Shown: positions 48,796-63,800, counted from the first letter of the stretch. The stretch is DNA of 64,000 nucleotides from the human T2T-CHM13v2.0 reference genome, Homo sapiens (GCF_009914755.1 NC_060937.1), one strand, 5' to 3'. The notes: generated from the letters alone by a model not told the origin. Numbers and translations are program-made.

Positions 48796-49166
48796 TGCTA
48801 CCATTTTCAGAAGAAAGTTGGAAAACCTAGTTATAGCCATTATTGGAGCTCCTTAAACTTCACATGCTTTTAGCTATTTGGAATTACAGAATCATTAAAA
48901 GTCAGTTAGCAACTTAGCACGACAATTATGTATTTTGGGGATTGTAATGTGACTTTAAGTTTCAATGCAGTAACACAAAACTAGAGACTAGAAGAAGGTT
49001 TGCAGAAAAGATATTACATTTAGTATGTGATTCTTTACAAAATACTCAAGAAAATTGAACCCAGTAGTGTTAATATATCAACTGCTTAATGGCACAAAAA
49101 TGATTTCAGTCCTGAGGGTGTCCAGGTATAGTGTTACAGAACTATGTCTTCAATTGATGTTTGGTG

Positions 49167-49197
<31 letters not shown>

Positions 49198-49215
49198 TAC
49201 ACACATGCACACACA
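49167..49215 (+). repeat. (AC)12 plus imperfect CA repeat
   Basis: Direct observation. Confidence 0.9.
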
Positions 49216-49731
49216 GAGTAGTGTGTTAGCAAGACAGCAGAATAGGAGTTCTCCAGCTTCACTCTCTCCTACCTACCACAGAAATCTAACCAGCAACTAT
49301 CCGCAGGCAAGAAGATAATTCTGAATATCCCACACCTTGGAAGTGAGTCAAGGACACTCCTTTCTTTGGACCAAAGCACTGAGAAAATTTTGATCCCAAT
49401 GGTAAGATGAATGATTCTCCTTGATTGTGCCACCCCTCTCCCAAGCTGGCACAGGAACACACACTAAGATTTTTCCTGAACCCACAGTTTCTACAGTAGG
49501 AAAAATAAGTTGGAAGCAAACATTAAGTTTCCCTACAATTTTGGAACCCTTTCAGGAGACTGATATCTGTCTCATCCCATGGGAAACATTGGAAATGCCA
49601 GCATGGCTAGATTACCTGAGTTTAGTTAGAAACAAAGAACAGAGATAGAGCTAATAGTGACCAGCTTGCAGACCTTGGTAGTTACTCTATATTTGGGCTG
49701 ATAATGGTGTCAAACCAGAGAGACTAGCTGA

Positions 49732-50100
<369 letters not shown>

Positions 50101-53100
50101 TGAATCCCTAGCCAGCTTTTCCACCCAGCCCAGATGCTCTCGTTAAGCTTTTTCTAGGTGAGAGGCAAATGCAGGTCAGTGAGTACCCGTGAATAGATCA
50201 TCTAGTACTGCCAAAAACCAGCAACTGCATGTAAACCAGTAACTCCACAAAACCGTGATACTCTTCTTCAGCTCACATTAAGCCAGCAGGCAAGTCTAAG
50301 TCCATGCACATCTGTAAAGCATAGCCTCTGGCTCTGCCTACTTCTGTGACCAAGCAGCAATCCTAGGTACTTCACCAGCCTTGGATCCCAGCAAATGGCC
50401 CTTCCCAACTGCAGATTTCAAATAGCAGTGCCACCCAGCCATGGAAGACAACCTGCAAACCTGTCTGATCAGAGATGACTGCAGAGCCCAGCCAGCAGCT
50501 CTACTTGATGGCAGAGTCCAGATAGTAGCCTCACTGAACCATGGAGAACAGTTAGAAATACCATTCAAATTCAGAGCACAAGAATCCACCCAGTCTAATT
50601 AGAGAACCCAACCTTAAGGTCTGTTTGGGGTCGCTACAAGCTGTCTCATCTAGAATTTTTAAGCTAGACTAGGCTAGAAGAAATAGCCATCTCCTCAAAT
50701 GTGGAGGCATTAATGTAAGTACATGAGGATGATGAAAAATTAGGGAAATATGGCACCACCAAAAGAAGTTAATAAAGCTCTACTGATGGACCCAGAAGAA
50801 ATGGAGATCTATAAAATGACTAACAAAAAATTCAGAACACTACTCAAAGAAGTTCAGGAAATTCCAAGAAAATATAGATAGAAAATCAAGTAAAATTTGG
50901 GAAAAAGTTATAAACAAAATGAGAAGCTTGCAAAGAAACATAAATAATAAAAAATTATGAAGCCATAAATTCTGGAGCTAAAGAATACAAAAAGTGAACT
51001 AAAAAATTAAATAGAAAGTTTCAATAGCAGACTTGATCAAGTAGATCAGTGAGCTCAGAGGACATTTGAAATTATCCAATCGATCAGAGGAGCAAAAATA
51101 AATAAATAAATAAATAAGAATGAAAAAGAATGAAGAGGGTCTATAGGAATTATGGAACACCATAAAGCAAACTAACTTTTGCATAGTAGGAATTCATGAA
51201 GAAAAAGAAAGAGAAAAAAGCCTAGAAAGCATATTTGAGAAAATAATAGCTAAAAATATCCCAAATCTGGGGAAAGACAACAACATCCAGGTACAGGCAT
51301 CTCAGTCACAGGTTGCCAATCAAATTCAACCCATAGAGGACATCACCAAGATACATTATAATCAAATTATCAAAAATCAAATACAAAGAAATAATACTGA
51401 AAGCAGCAAAAGATAAGAAACATCACATTCAGTGGAGGCACAATATGGCTTTTGGCAGATTTGTCAGCAGAAACACTTCAGGCCAGAAGAGAGGCAAATT
51501 CTATATTAATAGTGCTGAAGGAATAAAAAGAAATGGCCAACCAAGAATACTTTACCAAATAAAGCTATGTTTCAGAAATGAGAAAGAAATAAAAACTTTC
51601 CCAGACAAACAAAAGCTAAGAGCATACATCACCACTAGGCGTGATTTATAGGAATTGCTAAAAGTAGTTCTTTAAGGTGAGATGAAAGGCTACTAATGAA
51701 TAATTAAAATAACATTTTAAAATTAAAAATAAATCCCAATGGTAGAAGTAATATGTGGTCATACTCAGAATTCTCTAATATTGTAAGGGTGGTGTGTAAA
51801 GCAACTTTATCTCTACTAGGAGAATTAAAAGACAAAATTATTAAAAATAATTGCAGCAACAATAAATTGCTAAGAAATACAAATTACAAAAATGAATGTA
51901 AATTTTGGCATTAAATTAATAAAAAGTATGTGTGGGGTTGTGAAAGTGTAGAGTCTTTATATGGAATTAAAAGCAAGTTGTTACCAGCTTAAAGTAGTCT
52001 GTTACAGGATATTTCCTGGTAACCCACTTAGCAAAAACCCCCAGTAGTTGCACAAAATATGCAAAGAAAGGGTTCAAAGCATACCGCCACAGAAAACCAT
52101 CAAACCACAAATGAAGACAGAAAGAGAGGAAGAAAAAAAAAACATATAAAATAATCAAAAAACAAATTAAAAAATGCCAGCAACAAGTTTTTATGTACCA
52201 GTAATTACCTCAAGTGTAAATGGATTAAATTCTTCAATAAAAAGACATAGATTGGCTGAATGGATTAAAAAACAAGATCCAACCATATTTTCTTATAAGA
52301 GACTCACTTTACTAGTACAGATACACACAGATTAAAAGTGAAATGATTGGAAAAAAGTATTTCCCACAAATGGAAATTAAGAGAATAAGAGTAGTTACAC
52401 TTAGACAAAATAGACTTTAAGTCAAATGTTATTTTTAAAAGACAAAAAGGTTATTACATAATAATAAAGGAATTGATTCACCAAGAAGAGATAACAATTG
52501 TAAATATATATGCACCCAACATCTGAGAACATAAATACATAAAGCAATTATTAAATTATCTAAAGAAAGATACTATAATAATAGGGGGCCTCGATACTCC
52601 ACTTTTAAAAATAGAGCATCTAGACAGAAAATAAATAAGGGAACATGGACTTGAATTATACTTTAGATCACACGTACCTGACAGAAATATCTACAATATT
52701 CTACTCAACAGCAACAGGATTCACATTCTTCTCAAGTGCATATGGAACATTCTCCAGGATAGATCACATATTATGCCACAAAACAAATCTTAACAAATTT
52801 AAGAGAACTGAAATCATATCAAGCGGTTTTTCAGAGCACAATGATATAAAATTAGAAATCAATAATAGGAAAAAATCTAGGAAAATACACAAGCATGTGG
52901 AAATTGGACAACATGCTCCTAAATAACCAACAGGTCATAGTGTAAATCAAAAAGGAAATTTAAAAATACCTTGAGACAAATTAAAATGGAAACACAACAT
53001 GCTAAACCTATGGAATGGAGCAAAGGCAGTCCTAAGTTGATGAATATCCTAATTTCCCTAATTTGATCATTATAAAATTTATAGATGTATCAGAACATCA

Positions 53101-53497
53101 CAATGCACCCCATGAATATGTACAATTCTGCCTCAATGATTAATGAAAATAAAATAAATATTTAAAAAGGGGAAGTGGAGATTTGCAACAACATGGAGAA
53201 CATTATGCTAAGTGAAATAAGCCAAGCAAAGAAAGACAAATACTGTACGATCTCATTTATAGATGGATAAAGTGGACCTTATGAAGTCCACAAATATATA
53301 CAGTGGACTCATAAAGTTGAACTCACAGAAATAGAGTAGAATGATGGTTACCAGAGGATAAGCAGGGAAGCTGAAGGAAATGGGGAGGTGGTGACCAAAC
53401 AGTACAAAGTTTCAGATAGATAGGAGATAAGGTTTTGGGATCTATTGCACATAAGAGTGATTATACTTAATAATAATGTATGCTACATTTCAAAGTA

Positions 53498-53632
53498 CAG
53501 ATGGCCTACAACTTACAATGGTTCAAGTTATGATTTTTCAACTTTACATGAGTTTGCCTTTTAGATTTACAATATTTTCAACTTAAATGAGTTTGTCAGG
53601 ACATAAGCCCATCATAAGCTGAGGAGCATCTG
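53498..53632 (-). mobile_element. MER47/Tigger5-type MITE, internally deleted (135 bp)
   Basis: Terminal inverted repeats cagatggcctacaacttacaatgg ... ccatcataagctgaggagcatctg; TA duplication at 53496-53497 and 53633-53634. Confidence 0.85.
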
Positions 53633-54719
53633 TAATAGAGTACATTTCAAATGTTTCACCATAAAGAAAATAGATAAATAAGGTGATTAATATATTAATT
53701 AGTTTAACATAGACATTATACATTGTATACATATATCAAGACATCACATTAAATATCTTAAATGCATAAAATTATGATTTATCAATCAAAAATAATATCA
53801 ATAGTAAAAATGTACAGTATATCTTTTTGTCCATCAAAAAACTTTAATATAAAAACCATTGTATACCAACTGCTATCACAGCACCATCCATAGAACATTA
53901 TGACAAAAAGAGATAGCAGGCAGTGAAGGAAAACTGGAGGGGAAGGAATTCCGATTCCTGACTTATTTCTTCATTCATAATCATTTTTGATGCTTGTAAG
54001 AGCACATAGATAGAGGGAAAATCAAGTTGCAGACAGAAGTGAGCTTGAAGTTTCCACTGAGAAGACCAGAATCGGAGCAAAGTAGGTCTCTCCAATATGA
54101 CACACACACACCCTCATCCCATCATCTGGAGAAACGCAAGCCTAGTTAGGAGATGATCAAAAGGTTACTGAAATTATTATCAAGAACAACTTCAAGCAGA
54201 CCAGGGAAATCTGTGAGAAGGTGGTCCTGGTCATCAGTACTCATGAAGAAAAAGTGGAATAATGCCTTTCTGTCAAATATAAAAGGTATGTGGGGAGTAA
54301 AGAAAGCACTGAAGTTTGAAAGAATTAAGAACTAACATGCTTTTGTAGGTCTATGAAGTAGAAATGAGGTGATCTTTTGGGGCTGAGTTTAAGAGATTCT
54401 CAACATCTTCTCTTCCTTCAAAACTATCTTGAGTATAGATAATATGCCTAAAGTCCTGCAGATGGTACCCTACAGCTGTTAAGCAGGCTTGATTATCTTT
54501 TTCTCCAGATGTGACAAGAGACTTGCTGAGGTCCCACTACAGCCCATTGCCAGGACCTAGATTCCCACAGTCAGATGAAATCTATGAGCTTCCTGGGAAG
54601 GAGGCTGGGTATGCATCCATGGAGGCTCACGCCCTTCATAGAAGGGTATCTCAGAGGTGAAATGTGATTCTGGATTACTATGCCATCTAGCTTATTATGT
54701 CATTGTCCCAACTGACATG

Positions 54720-54808
54720 GAAACTGTGATTCATCTATACCATCAAATACTACTGAGCAATAAACAATAATAAGTTATTGATACAAAAAAACAACTTGGA
54801 TGAATCTA
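54720..54808 (+). mobile_element. L1MC/ME 3' fragment
   Basis: aaactgtga...catctataccatcaaatactactgagcaataaa...caacttggatgaatct. Confidence 0.55.
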
Positions 54809-56134
54809 GGTGCTTGTGACTAAGATATTCCAATGGAAAGGATGACTGGCTGTGAGGTGCGTTCTCCTGAAGCTTGTTTTTGACCATGCAATAAACTCCT
54901 TCCCATGGTGGTAGATGTAGTGTTGAGGAACAAAGTCAAAACCAAGTCATCAGACTTTGGGTTGAGGGACAGATTAAGGATGTCAGCCCAAAATACAAAT
55001 GGAAACCTCCCTTCTTGGACATGACCAAGCAGCCACTGAGTCTAGAATTTTATCTAAATCCACGCTAACTTCTGAACAAACCTAAATGAATTTTCACTCA
55101 GACCGTCCAACAGGATCTCATTGTGCCTAAAACAGATCTTAAACTGGAAGGGATTGTGGAAAACAAAAACAAAAACAAAAAACACAAACTTGGATTCTCC
55201 AGCCTCAGAATGTTCAGCACTGACAACCTAACTTTTACTTGATCAGGCTGGAGCTGAGACCGTGCTGTGTTGGGAGCCAATCATGGTCATCGGTGTTGGG
55301 AAGATGGCATTTCTCTCATTCACTCCTGCATCATCTGGCACAGATTAAAATTACAGTGCACATTAGAAACAACACAGAAGACAAATAATCCACATCTCAC
55401 AGAGTAAATAGTGTCTAATTTGGATTATATGAAAACTACCCGATATATTAACCATAAGCTGCAACAATACTGATGGTTAAATCAGAAACAATGTCTCACA
55501 GGCAGTTTTGAATGATATCTTAAAATCATGTGATCTGGTCTAATACAGTGTTTCCCACATCTGCAGAGCATCTTTAATAAAATATATTCTATCAAGATTT
55601 ATAGGCAATTTTAGTGAAAACAGTGAAAACTGTAACACATGCAGTAGTGAGCTGTAGCACCTTCCAATCCTTTTATAATGGACATGAAATAATAGAAATG
55701 GGGATTACTCAGAAAACCATAGGCCTGAAAAATGTCACCTCAATGAAGCAGAGGTCAAATTGCTACTGCCTCTACTTCTTGTTCAGTTAATAATGTTTTT
55801 GCTATTAAATAAGAAAGAGCTCTTAGTTGGAACTCAGTTACAAGTAATTTGTGCCAGATTAATAGTTTTATCTACAATTTGTTATTTTATACAAAATAGA
55901 TTTAAATGGTTGTTTAATTCCTGATGTGAAAGATGGTAATTTGGCAAGAATAATATTACTTCTGTGACAATAAAAAAGCACTGGCTAAAGATTCTAAAAC
56001 ATTTTTGTTTTGCTATATTCATCTCTCTATGGGTACAATTATATATCTCTACTGTGCCATAAGAATATAATTTTTTTCTTTTAAACATTTTGACTAAATG
56101 TTTCAACATAAAAATTAAGATATAAAAGAAGAGC

Positions 56135-57057
56135 TTATGCTTTTGACTGTGATTAAATTATATGTAGTGAATTAACACTCCTTCTGAAAACAATTAGACA
56201 AGCTGAGTAAATATAAATAAATATGAAAATAAATTAACTTTTCTTAAAGAAGAGTTGCAGAGCTAGCTAGGACTTGTGGAGCCAACATCCCAGATAGAGG
56301 GAAACCACACAGAAATGAATTGACCTTGTACAAGCCATATTTGCTCTCAAGGCATTTGTCAAGGCAACAAGAACACGTAATTCCCACGTCCTGGTGAAAA
56401 GGCATACAGATAAAAGTATGTGCCACACCAAGGCATTTGTTAAAATCTTATTGTTTGCAGAGAGAGAAGTAAAATGCTTATCAGAAAGCTGCTGAAAATT
56501 AGGGCAGAATATTCAGCAATCTCACACACACAAATGAGAAGATAAAATTTATTATTCTGGACTCTGCAGGAAGAAAAGACCTTATTAAAAAGTCAAGGCC
56601 CACAGGCCCCACAGGTCCTACAACATAGGAACAGGGTCATACAAGGAATACATAGAGTCTTGTAAAATTTTAAAATTAGTCTCCAGTCATTCCAGCCTGT
56701 GATTGGATTAGATGATTTACTCTTACCCTATTTGCTTTCCAGTAGACAGGATGTATCCTCTCTAAAGGAAGATAACAAAACTTCTACAATTCTTGATACA
56801 CATTTTTCACTTTTAAATAAAAAAGTATGAGACATTTTAATTTAAAAATTCTTAACAAACAGACCAGCACATAACCCTGTTATTGGAGTTATCAGCCTCA
56901 GACTTTCTACTAAATATGATATTCAAGAATATTGAGAAATTAGATGAGAAATTTTAAAAATTTTATGAGACCTAAAATATAAGAAAATAAATCAAATGGA
57001 AATACTAGAAGTGGAAATTTCAATAACTGAAATTATTAATTCAATAAATTGGTTTAA
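56135..57057 (+). mobile_element. Ancient L1ME-type 5'/ORF1 fragment
   Basis: ctccttctgaaaacaattagacaagctg...tattggagttatcagcctcagactt...aatcaaatggaaatactagaagtggaaa...aattcaataaattggtttaa. Confidence 0.55.
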
Positions 57058-60000
57058 GAGGGTGGAGTAAGGTGATGGAATAGAAGCCTACACCATTCAT
57101 ATTCCTAACACCAAATTATAACAATTATCTGCACACAGAAAAGTACCATCACAAGACACAAAAATCAGGTGAGCAATCACAGTACCTGGTTTTAATGTTA
57201 TATCATTGAAAGAGGCATTGAGGAGGGTCTGAGAGACAGTCTTAATTGCTGATACCACCCCTCCCCTATCCTATGGCAGTGGCTAAACATGAGGAAAGTC
57301 TGTGCACTTGGAGGAGGGAGAGCACAGCAACAGGTGGACATTACTTTGAACTCAGTGCTGCCCTGCAATAGTGGAGAGTAAGCCTTGCTGGACTCAGCCA
57401 GTGCCTGTGCACAGAGGGAGCATTTGAACTAGACCTAGCCAGGTGGGAATTGCCTATCCCAGTGGTCAGAACTCAAGTTTCTGGACAAGTCTTGCCATCA
57501 TGGGCCAAAGTGCTCTGGGGTCCTAGGTAAATGTGAAAGGCAGTCTAGAATGCAAGGACTACAATTCCTAGTGCTAGGCTGGACTCAGAACCAGAGGACT
57601 AAGGTGACATGTGACCTGGGGAGACATCAGCTGGGGCAGCTGAAGAAGAGCTTATGCCATCCTCCCCCAACCCAAGGCAGTGCAACTCACAGGAACAAAA
57701 GTGTCCCCTTCCTTCTGCTTAGGGGGTGGAGAGTAAAGAGTAAAGACGACTCTGTCTTGTATTGTGGATACCTACTCAGCCACAGTAGGAGAGGGTACTG
57801 GGCAGAGGCATTCAAGGCCCTAGCTCCAGATAACATTTCTAGACACACTCTGGGCCAAAAGGAAATCCATTGCTTTTATGAAACAATCCAGTTCTGGCAA
57901 GATTCATCACCTGCTGTCTAAAGAGCTCTTGGGCACTGAATAACCTGCAACGATCCCCAGAGAGTACACAATGGGCCTTGGGCCCTGAGACATGCTGGCT
58001 TCAGATGTGACCCAGAAGATTCCCAGCAATGGTGGCTATTATAAAAGACTTCCATTTGAGAAAAGCAGAGGCAAAAGTAAAGGGGAAATTTTCTTGCACC
58101 TTAGGTACCAGCTTGCACACAGTGGGGCAGAGCAATAAGCAGGCACTTGGGGTCCCTGAGTCCAGGCCCGGGCTCCTAGCATTTCTAGGCCTGTCCTGGG
58201 CCAGAAGGGAGCCCGCTACCTTGAAGGGTGAGTCCCAGGCTGTGCAGCGTTTACCACAAGCTGTCTGAAGAACTCTTGGGCATTAAGTGAACACTAGCAG
58301 TGGCCTGGCAGAACTCCACCATGGGCCAGTGGTGGTGATGCCCACCAGATGAAGCTCCTTTGCCTGTGAAAAGGAGAAGGAAGAGTGGGAAGGACTTCCT
58401 ATTGTGGTCTGACTTTCACCTTAGCTGCAGTAGAATGGAACATCAGGCAAATTCCTAAGACTTTTGACTCTAATCCCTGACTTTCAGAAACCATCTCTGG
58501 AGTCACCGAGAGCCTGGGGAATCTCACTGCCCTGGGGAAAAGAATAAAAACCTGGCCTGCCGATTGCGGAGGCCTAGGACTTTGAGTGAACATAGGTGGT
58601 AGCCAGGTGGCAGTTACAGCAGGCCTTGGGCAAGACCCAGTGCTGTGCTGGCTTTAGGTCAGTCCCAACAAAGTCTAGTGCTGCTGGCCACAGAAGTGCC
58701 TGCATAACCATACCCTTAGTTCCAGCTGGGTCAGCCCAGAAAGAAAGAGACTCTTATTTGTTTACCTGAAAGTGAGGTAAATGAATAACAGTCTCTTCCT
58801 GGTAATCCAGAGAATTACTACAGATCTTATTAAAGACCACCAAGGCAGGACCCCTACAAGTCTGCAAAAATTTCAGTGATATTGGGCTTGCGGCCCAAGT
58901 CCCTGTGAATAGCTGGAAAGCCTTCTCAAGAAGGATAGGCAAAAACAAGTCTGGACTGTGAAGACTACAATAAACACCTAACTGTTCAATGGTCAGACAG
59001 CAAAGAACACCTATAAGCATCAAGAATATGCAGGAAAATATATGACTTCAACAAATGAAATAAATAAGTCACTGGGGACCAATCTTGGAGAAACAGAGAC
59101 ATGTGACCTTTCATACAGAGAACTCAAAATAGCTGTTTTAAGGAAACTCAAAGAAATTGCAGATAACACAGGGAAGGAGTTCAGAATCCAATCATATAAA
59201 TTTAACAAAGAGATTAAAATAACTGAAAAGAATCAAGCAGAAATTCTAGAGTTGAAAAATGTAATTCACATGTTGAAGAATGCATCAGAGTAACTTAATA
59301 GCAGAATTGCTCAAGCAGAAGAATTGGTGAGGTTAAAGACAGGCTATTTGAAAATACACAGTCAAAGGAGACAGAAGAAAAAATAATAAAAAAATGAAGT
59401 ATGCTTATAAGATGTAAAAAATAGCCTCAAAAGGGTAAATCTAATGGATATTGGCCTTAAAGAGGAAGTAGAGAAAGAGATAGGGATAGAAAGTATATTC
59501 AAAGGGGTAATATCCAAGAATTTCCCAATCCTAGAGAAAGATATCAACATTCAAGTAAAAGGTTATAGAACACCTAGCAGATTTAAGCCAAAGACAACTA
59601 CCTTGAAACATTTAATATTGAATTCCCAAAGGTCAAGGATAAAGAAATTATCCTAAAAGCAGCAAGAGAAAAGAAACAAATAACATACATGTGAGTCCCA
59701 GTATGTCTGGCAGCAGACTTTTCAGTGAAAACCTTACAGGCTGAGAGAGTGGCATGACATATTTACAGTGCCGAACGAAAAATAAAATTATCCTAGAATA
59801 GTATATCCAGCAAAACTATCCTTCAAACATGAAGGATAAGTAAAGACTTTCCCAGACAAACAAAAGCTGAGGGATTTCATCAATACCAGACCTGTTCTAC
59901 AAGAAATGTTAAAGAAAGTTCTTCAATCTAAAAGAAAATGGTGTTGATGATCAAGAAAAGAATCATCTAAAGATAAAAACTCACTGGTAATAGTAAGCAC

Positions 60001-60366
60001 ACAGTAAAACACAGAATACCATAACACTGCAATTGTTATGTAGACAGTATAATATGACATAAAGGGAAACAATAGAAAGTTAAAAAGCAGAGGAATAAAG
60101 CTAAGTGTGGAGTTTTTATTAATTTTCCTTTTGTGTGTTTGTTTATGCAATCAGTATTGTCATCAATTTAAAATACCAGATTATAAGATAATATTTGCAA
60201 GCCTCATGGTAACTTCGAATTGAAAATCACACAACAGATACCCTGAAAATACAAACCAAAAACTTAAATCATAACACCATAGAAAACTACCTTCATGGAA
60301 AGAAGACAGTAAAAAAGGAAGAGAAGGCCACAAAGCAATCAGAAAACAACAAAATGGTAGGAGTAA

Positions 60367-60456
60367 GTCTCCCATCCAAGTATTAACCAAGCCTGACCCT
60401 GTTTAGCTTCCAAGATCAGATGAGATTGGGTGAATTCAGGGTCACATGGCTGTAGA
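60367..60456 (-). pseudogene. 5S rRNA tailless retropseudogene (5S nt about 2-91)
   Basis: Reverse complement TCTACAGCCATGTGACCCTGAATTCACCCAATCTCATCTGATCTTGGAAGCTAAACAGGGTCAGGCTTGGTTAATACTTGGATGGGAGAC aligns to 5S rRNA; TSD gagtaagtctc at 60361-60371 and 60455-60465. Confidence 0.93.
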
Positions 60457-60772
60457 GTAAGTCTCTATTTATCAATAACAACCTTGAATGTAAATAGAAT
60501 AAGCTTTTCAATCAAAAGACACAGTATGGCTGAATGGATAAAAAAATAAAGCCCCATGATCTATTTGCCTACAAGAAACACACTACTATAAAGATACACA
60601 TAGACTGAAAATAAAGGGTTGGAAAAAGATATTACATGCCAATGGAAATTTTAAAAAAGCAAGCAGGAGTAGCTACACATATATCTAACAAAATAGATTT
60701 CAAGACAAAAACTGTAAGAAGAGATAAAGAAGGTCACTATATAATATCAAAGGAGTCAATCCAGCAACAGGA

Positions 60773-60845
60773 TACAATGTAGATATATATATATATATAT
60801 ACACATGTAGATATATACAATGTAGATATATATATATATATATAT
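60773..60845 (+). repeat. Compound (TA)n with duplicated tacaatgtaga unit
   Basis: tacaatgtaga(ta)n ... catgtagatata tacaatgtaga(ta)n. Confidence 0.85.
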
Positions 60846-63800
60846 GCACCTAATTCTAAAGCACCCAGATAGAAAAACATATGTTATTAAAGAGATAGAT
60901 AGACCTCAATACAATCACAGCTGGAGATTTCAACATCCCACTTTTGGCACTGGACAGACCTCCCAGACAGAATATCAACAAAGAAACATCAGACTTAACT
61001 TGTGCTATAGGACAAATAGGCTTAATAGATATTTATAGAACATTTTACCCAAAATCTGCAGAATATACATTCCTTGCTTCAGCCCATGGATCATTCTCAG
61101 GAACAGGCCATAAGTTAAGTCACAAAACATTCAAAAAATTGAGGTAATAGCAAGCATCTTCTTTCATCACAATGGAATAAAACTACAAATCAATAACAGG
61201 AGGAATTTTGGAAACTATTCAAACACATGGAAATTAAATAATATGCTCCTCAATGACCAGTGCATCAATAAAGTAATTAAGAAGGAAATTGAAAGATATC
61301 TTGAGACAAATTACAATGGAAACACAATATACCAAAACATATGGGATACAGCTAAAGCAGTACTAAGAGGAAAGTTTATAGCTGTAAGTGCCTACATCAG
61401 AAAGAGGAAAAACTTCAAATAAATGATTTAAGGATGCTTCTTACAGAACTAGAAAAGCAATAGCAAGCTAAACCCAAAATTAGTAGAAAAAAAGAAATAA
61501 TAAAGATCAGACAAGATAAATGAAATTGAAATTAAGAGAAAAATACAAAAGATCAATGAAACAAAAAGTTTGTTTTTTGAAAAGATATACAAAACTGACA
61601 AACCTCTGGCCTGACTAAGAGAGAAGATCCAAATAAATGTATTTAGAAATGGAAAAGAAGACATTACAATTGATATTGCAGAAATCCCAAGGATCATCAG
61701 TGGCTGTTATGAGCAACTACATGCCAATAAATTCTAAAATCTAGAAGAAATGGACAAATTCCTGGACACATATAACCTACCAAAATTGAACCATGAACAA
61801 ATCCAAAACCTGACTATACCAATAATAAGTAATGAGATCAAAGCTGTAATAATAAAGTCTCCTAGTAAAAAAAAAAAAAAAAAGCCCAGGATCTGATGCC
61901 TTCGCTGTTGAATTCTACCAAACATTTAAAGAAGAACTGATACCCATACTACTCAGACTATTCCAAAAAACTGAGGAGGAGGGAATAACTCCAAACTCAT
62001 TCTACAAGGCTAGTATTACCCTGATACCAAGACCAGACAAAGACACATTAAAAAAAAAGAAAACTGCAGGCCAATATCTCTGATGAATATTGAGACAAAA
62101 ATCCCCAACAAAATATGAGCAAACTGAATTAAATGATACATTAGAAAGGTCATTCATCATGACCATGTTGGATTTATCCCTGCAATGCAAGGATGGTTCA
62201 ACATACACAAATCAATCAGTGTGATACATCATATAAACTAAAGGGTTAAACCATGCTAAAGGGTAAAAACCATATGATCACTTCAATTGATTCTGAAAAA
62301 GTATTTAATAAAATTCAACATCCTTCATGATAAAAACTCTCAAAAAACTGCATATAGAAACAATATACCTTCACATGATAAAAGCAATATATGACAAACC
62401 CACATCTAGTATCATAGAAATGGGGAAGAATTGAAAGTGTTTCTACTAAGATCTGGAACATGACAAGGATGCCCGCTTTCATAACTCTTATTCAACATAG
62501 TACCTAAAGATTCCACCATAAAACTATTAGAATTGATAAACAAATTCAATAAACTTGCAAGATACAAAATTAATGTACAAAAATTGGTAGCATTTCTATA
62601 TGCCAACAGTAAACAATCTGACAAAGAAATAAAAAGTAATCCCATTTACAATAGCCACACATAAAAATAAATACCTATGAAATAACCAAGGAAATGAAAG
62701 ATCTCTACAATTTAGACTATAAAACACTGATGAAAAAAATTAAAAAGGACACCAAAAATGGACAGATATTTCATTTTCATGGATTGGAAGAATCAATACT
62801 GGTAAAATGTTCATACTACCCAAAGAAATCTAAAAATTCAATGCAATCTCTTTCAAAATACCAATGACATTCTTCACAGAAACTGAAAAAATATTCTAAA
62901 ATGTATATGCAACCACAAAGACCCAGAATCGCCAAAGCTATCCTAAGCAAAAATAACAGAACTGGAGGAATCATATTACTGACTTTGAATTATACTATAA
63001 TGCTATAGTAACCAAAACAACATGATTTTGGCATAAAAACAGACACTTAAACAAATGGAATAGAATAGAGATCACAGTAACAAATCTACACACCCACAGT
63101 GAACTAATTTCTAACAAAGATGCCAAAAACACACACTGGAGAAAGGACAGTCTTTTCAATAATGATACTGGGAAACTGGATATCCATATGCAGAATAATG
63201 AAACTAGATCTTTAAATCTCATCATATACAAAAATCAAATCAAAGTGGCTTAAAAATTTAAATCTGAGACCTCAAACTATAAAACCACTGCAAGAAAACT
63301 TTGGAGAAACGCTTCAGAACACTGGTCTGGGAAAAAAGGTTTTGAGTAATACCCCGCAAGCATAGACAACCAAAGCAGAAATGGACAAATGGGATCACAT
63401 CAAGTTAAAAAGTTTCTGCACAGCAAAAGAAACAATCAACAAAGTAAAAAGGCAACCCATAGAATGGGAGAAAATATCTTCAAACTACCCATCTGACAAG
63501 GGTTCAATAATTAGTATATATAAGAAGTTCAAACAACTCTATAGGTAAAAATCTAATAATCTGATCAAAAACAGGCAAAAGATTTGAATAGATATTTCTC
63601 AGAAGAAGACATACAAATGGAAAATAGGCACACAAGAAGGTGCCCAACATTATTGACCATAAGAGAAATGCAAATCAAAACTACAATGAGATATCTCCTC
63701 ACCCCAGTTAAAATGGCTTCTATTCAAAAGGCAGACAATAACAAATGCTAGAGAAGATATGGAGAAAGGGGAACCCTCATACATTGTGGGTGGGAATGTA

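Noticed and set aside
60367-60456. Functional 5S rRNA gene
   Set aside because: Lacks the last roughly 30 nt, has many substitutions including CpG decay, and is a single TSD-flanked copy
62238-62275. Short tandem duplication ctaaagggt(t/aa)aaaccat
   Set aside because: Ordinary slippage duplication in a dead L1 ORF2
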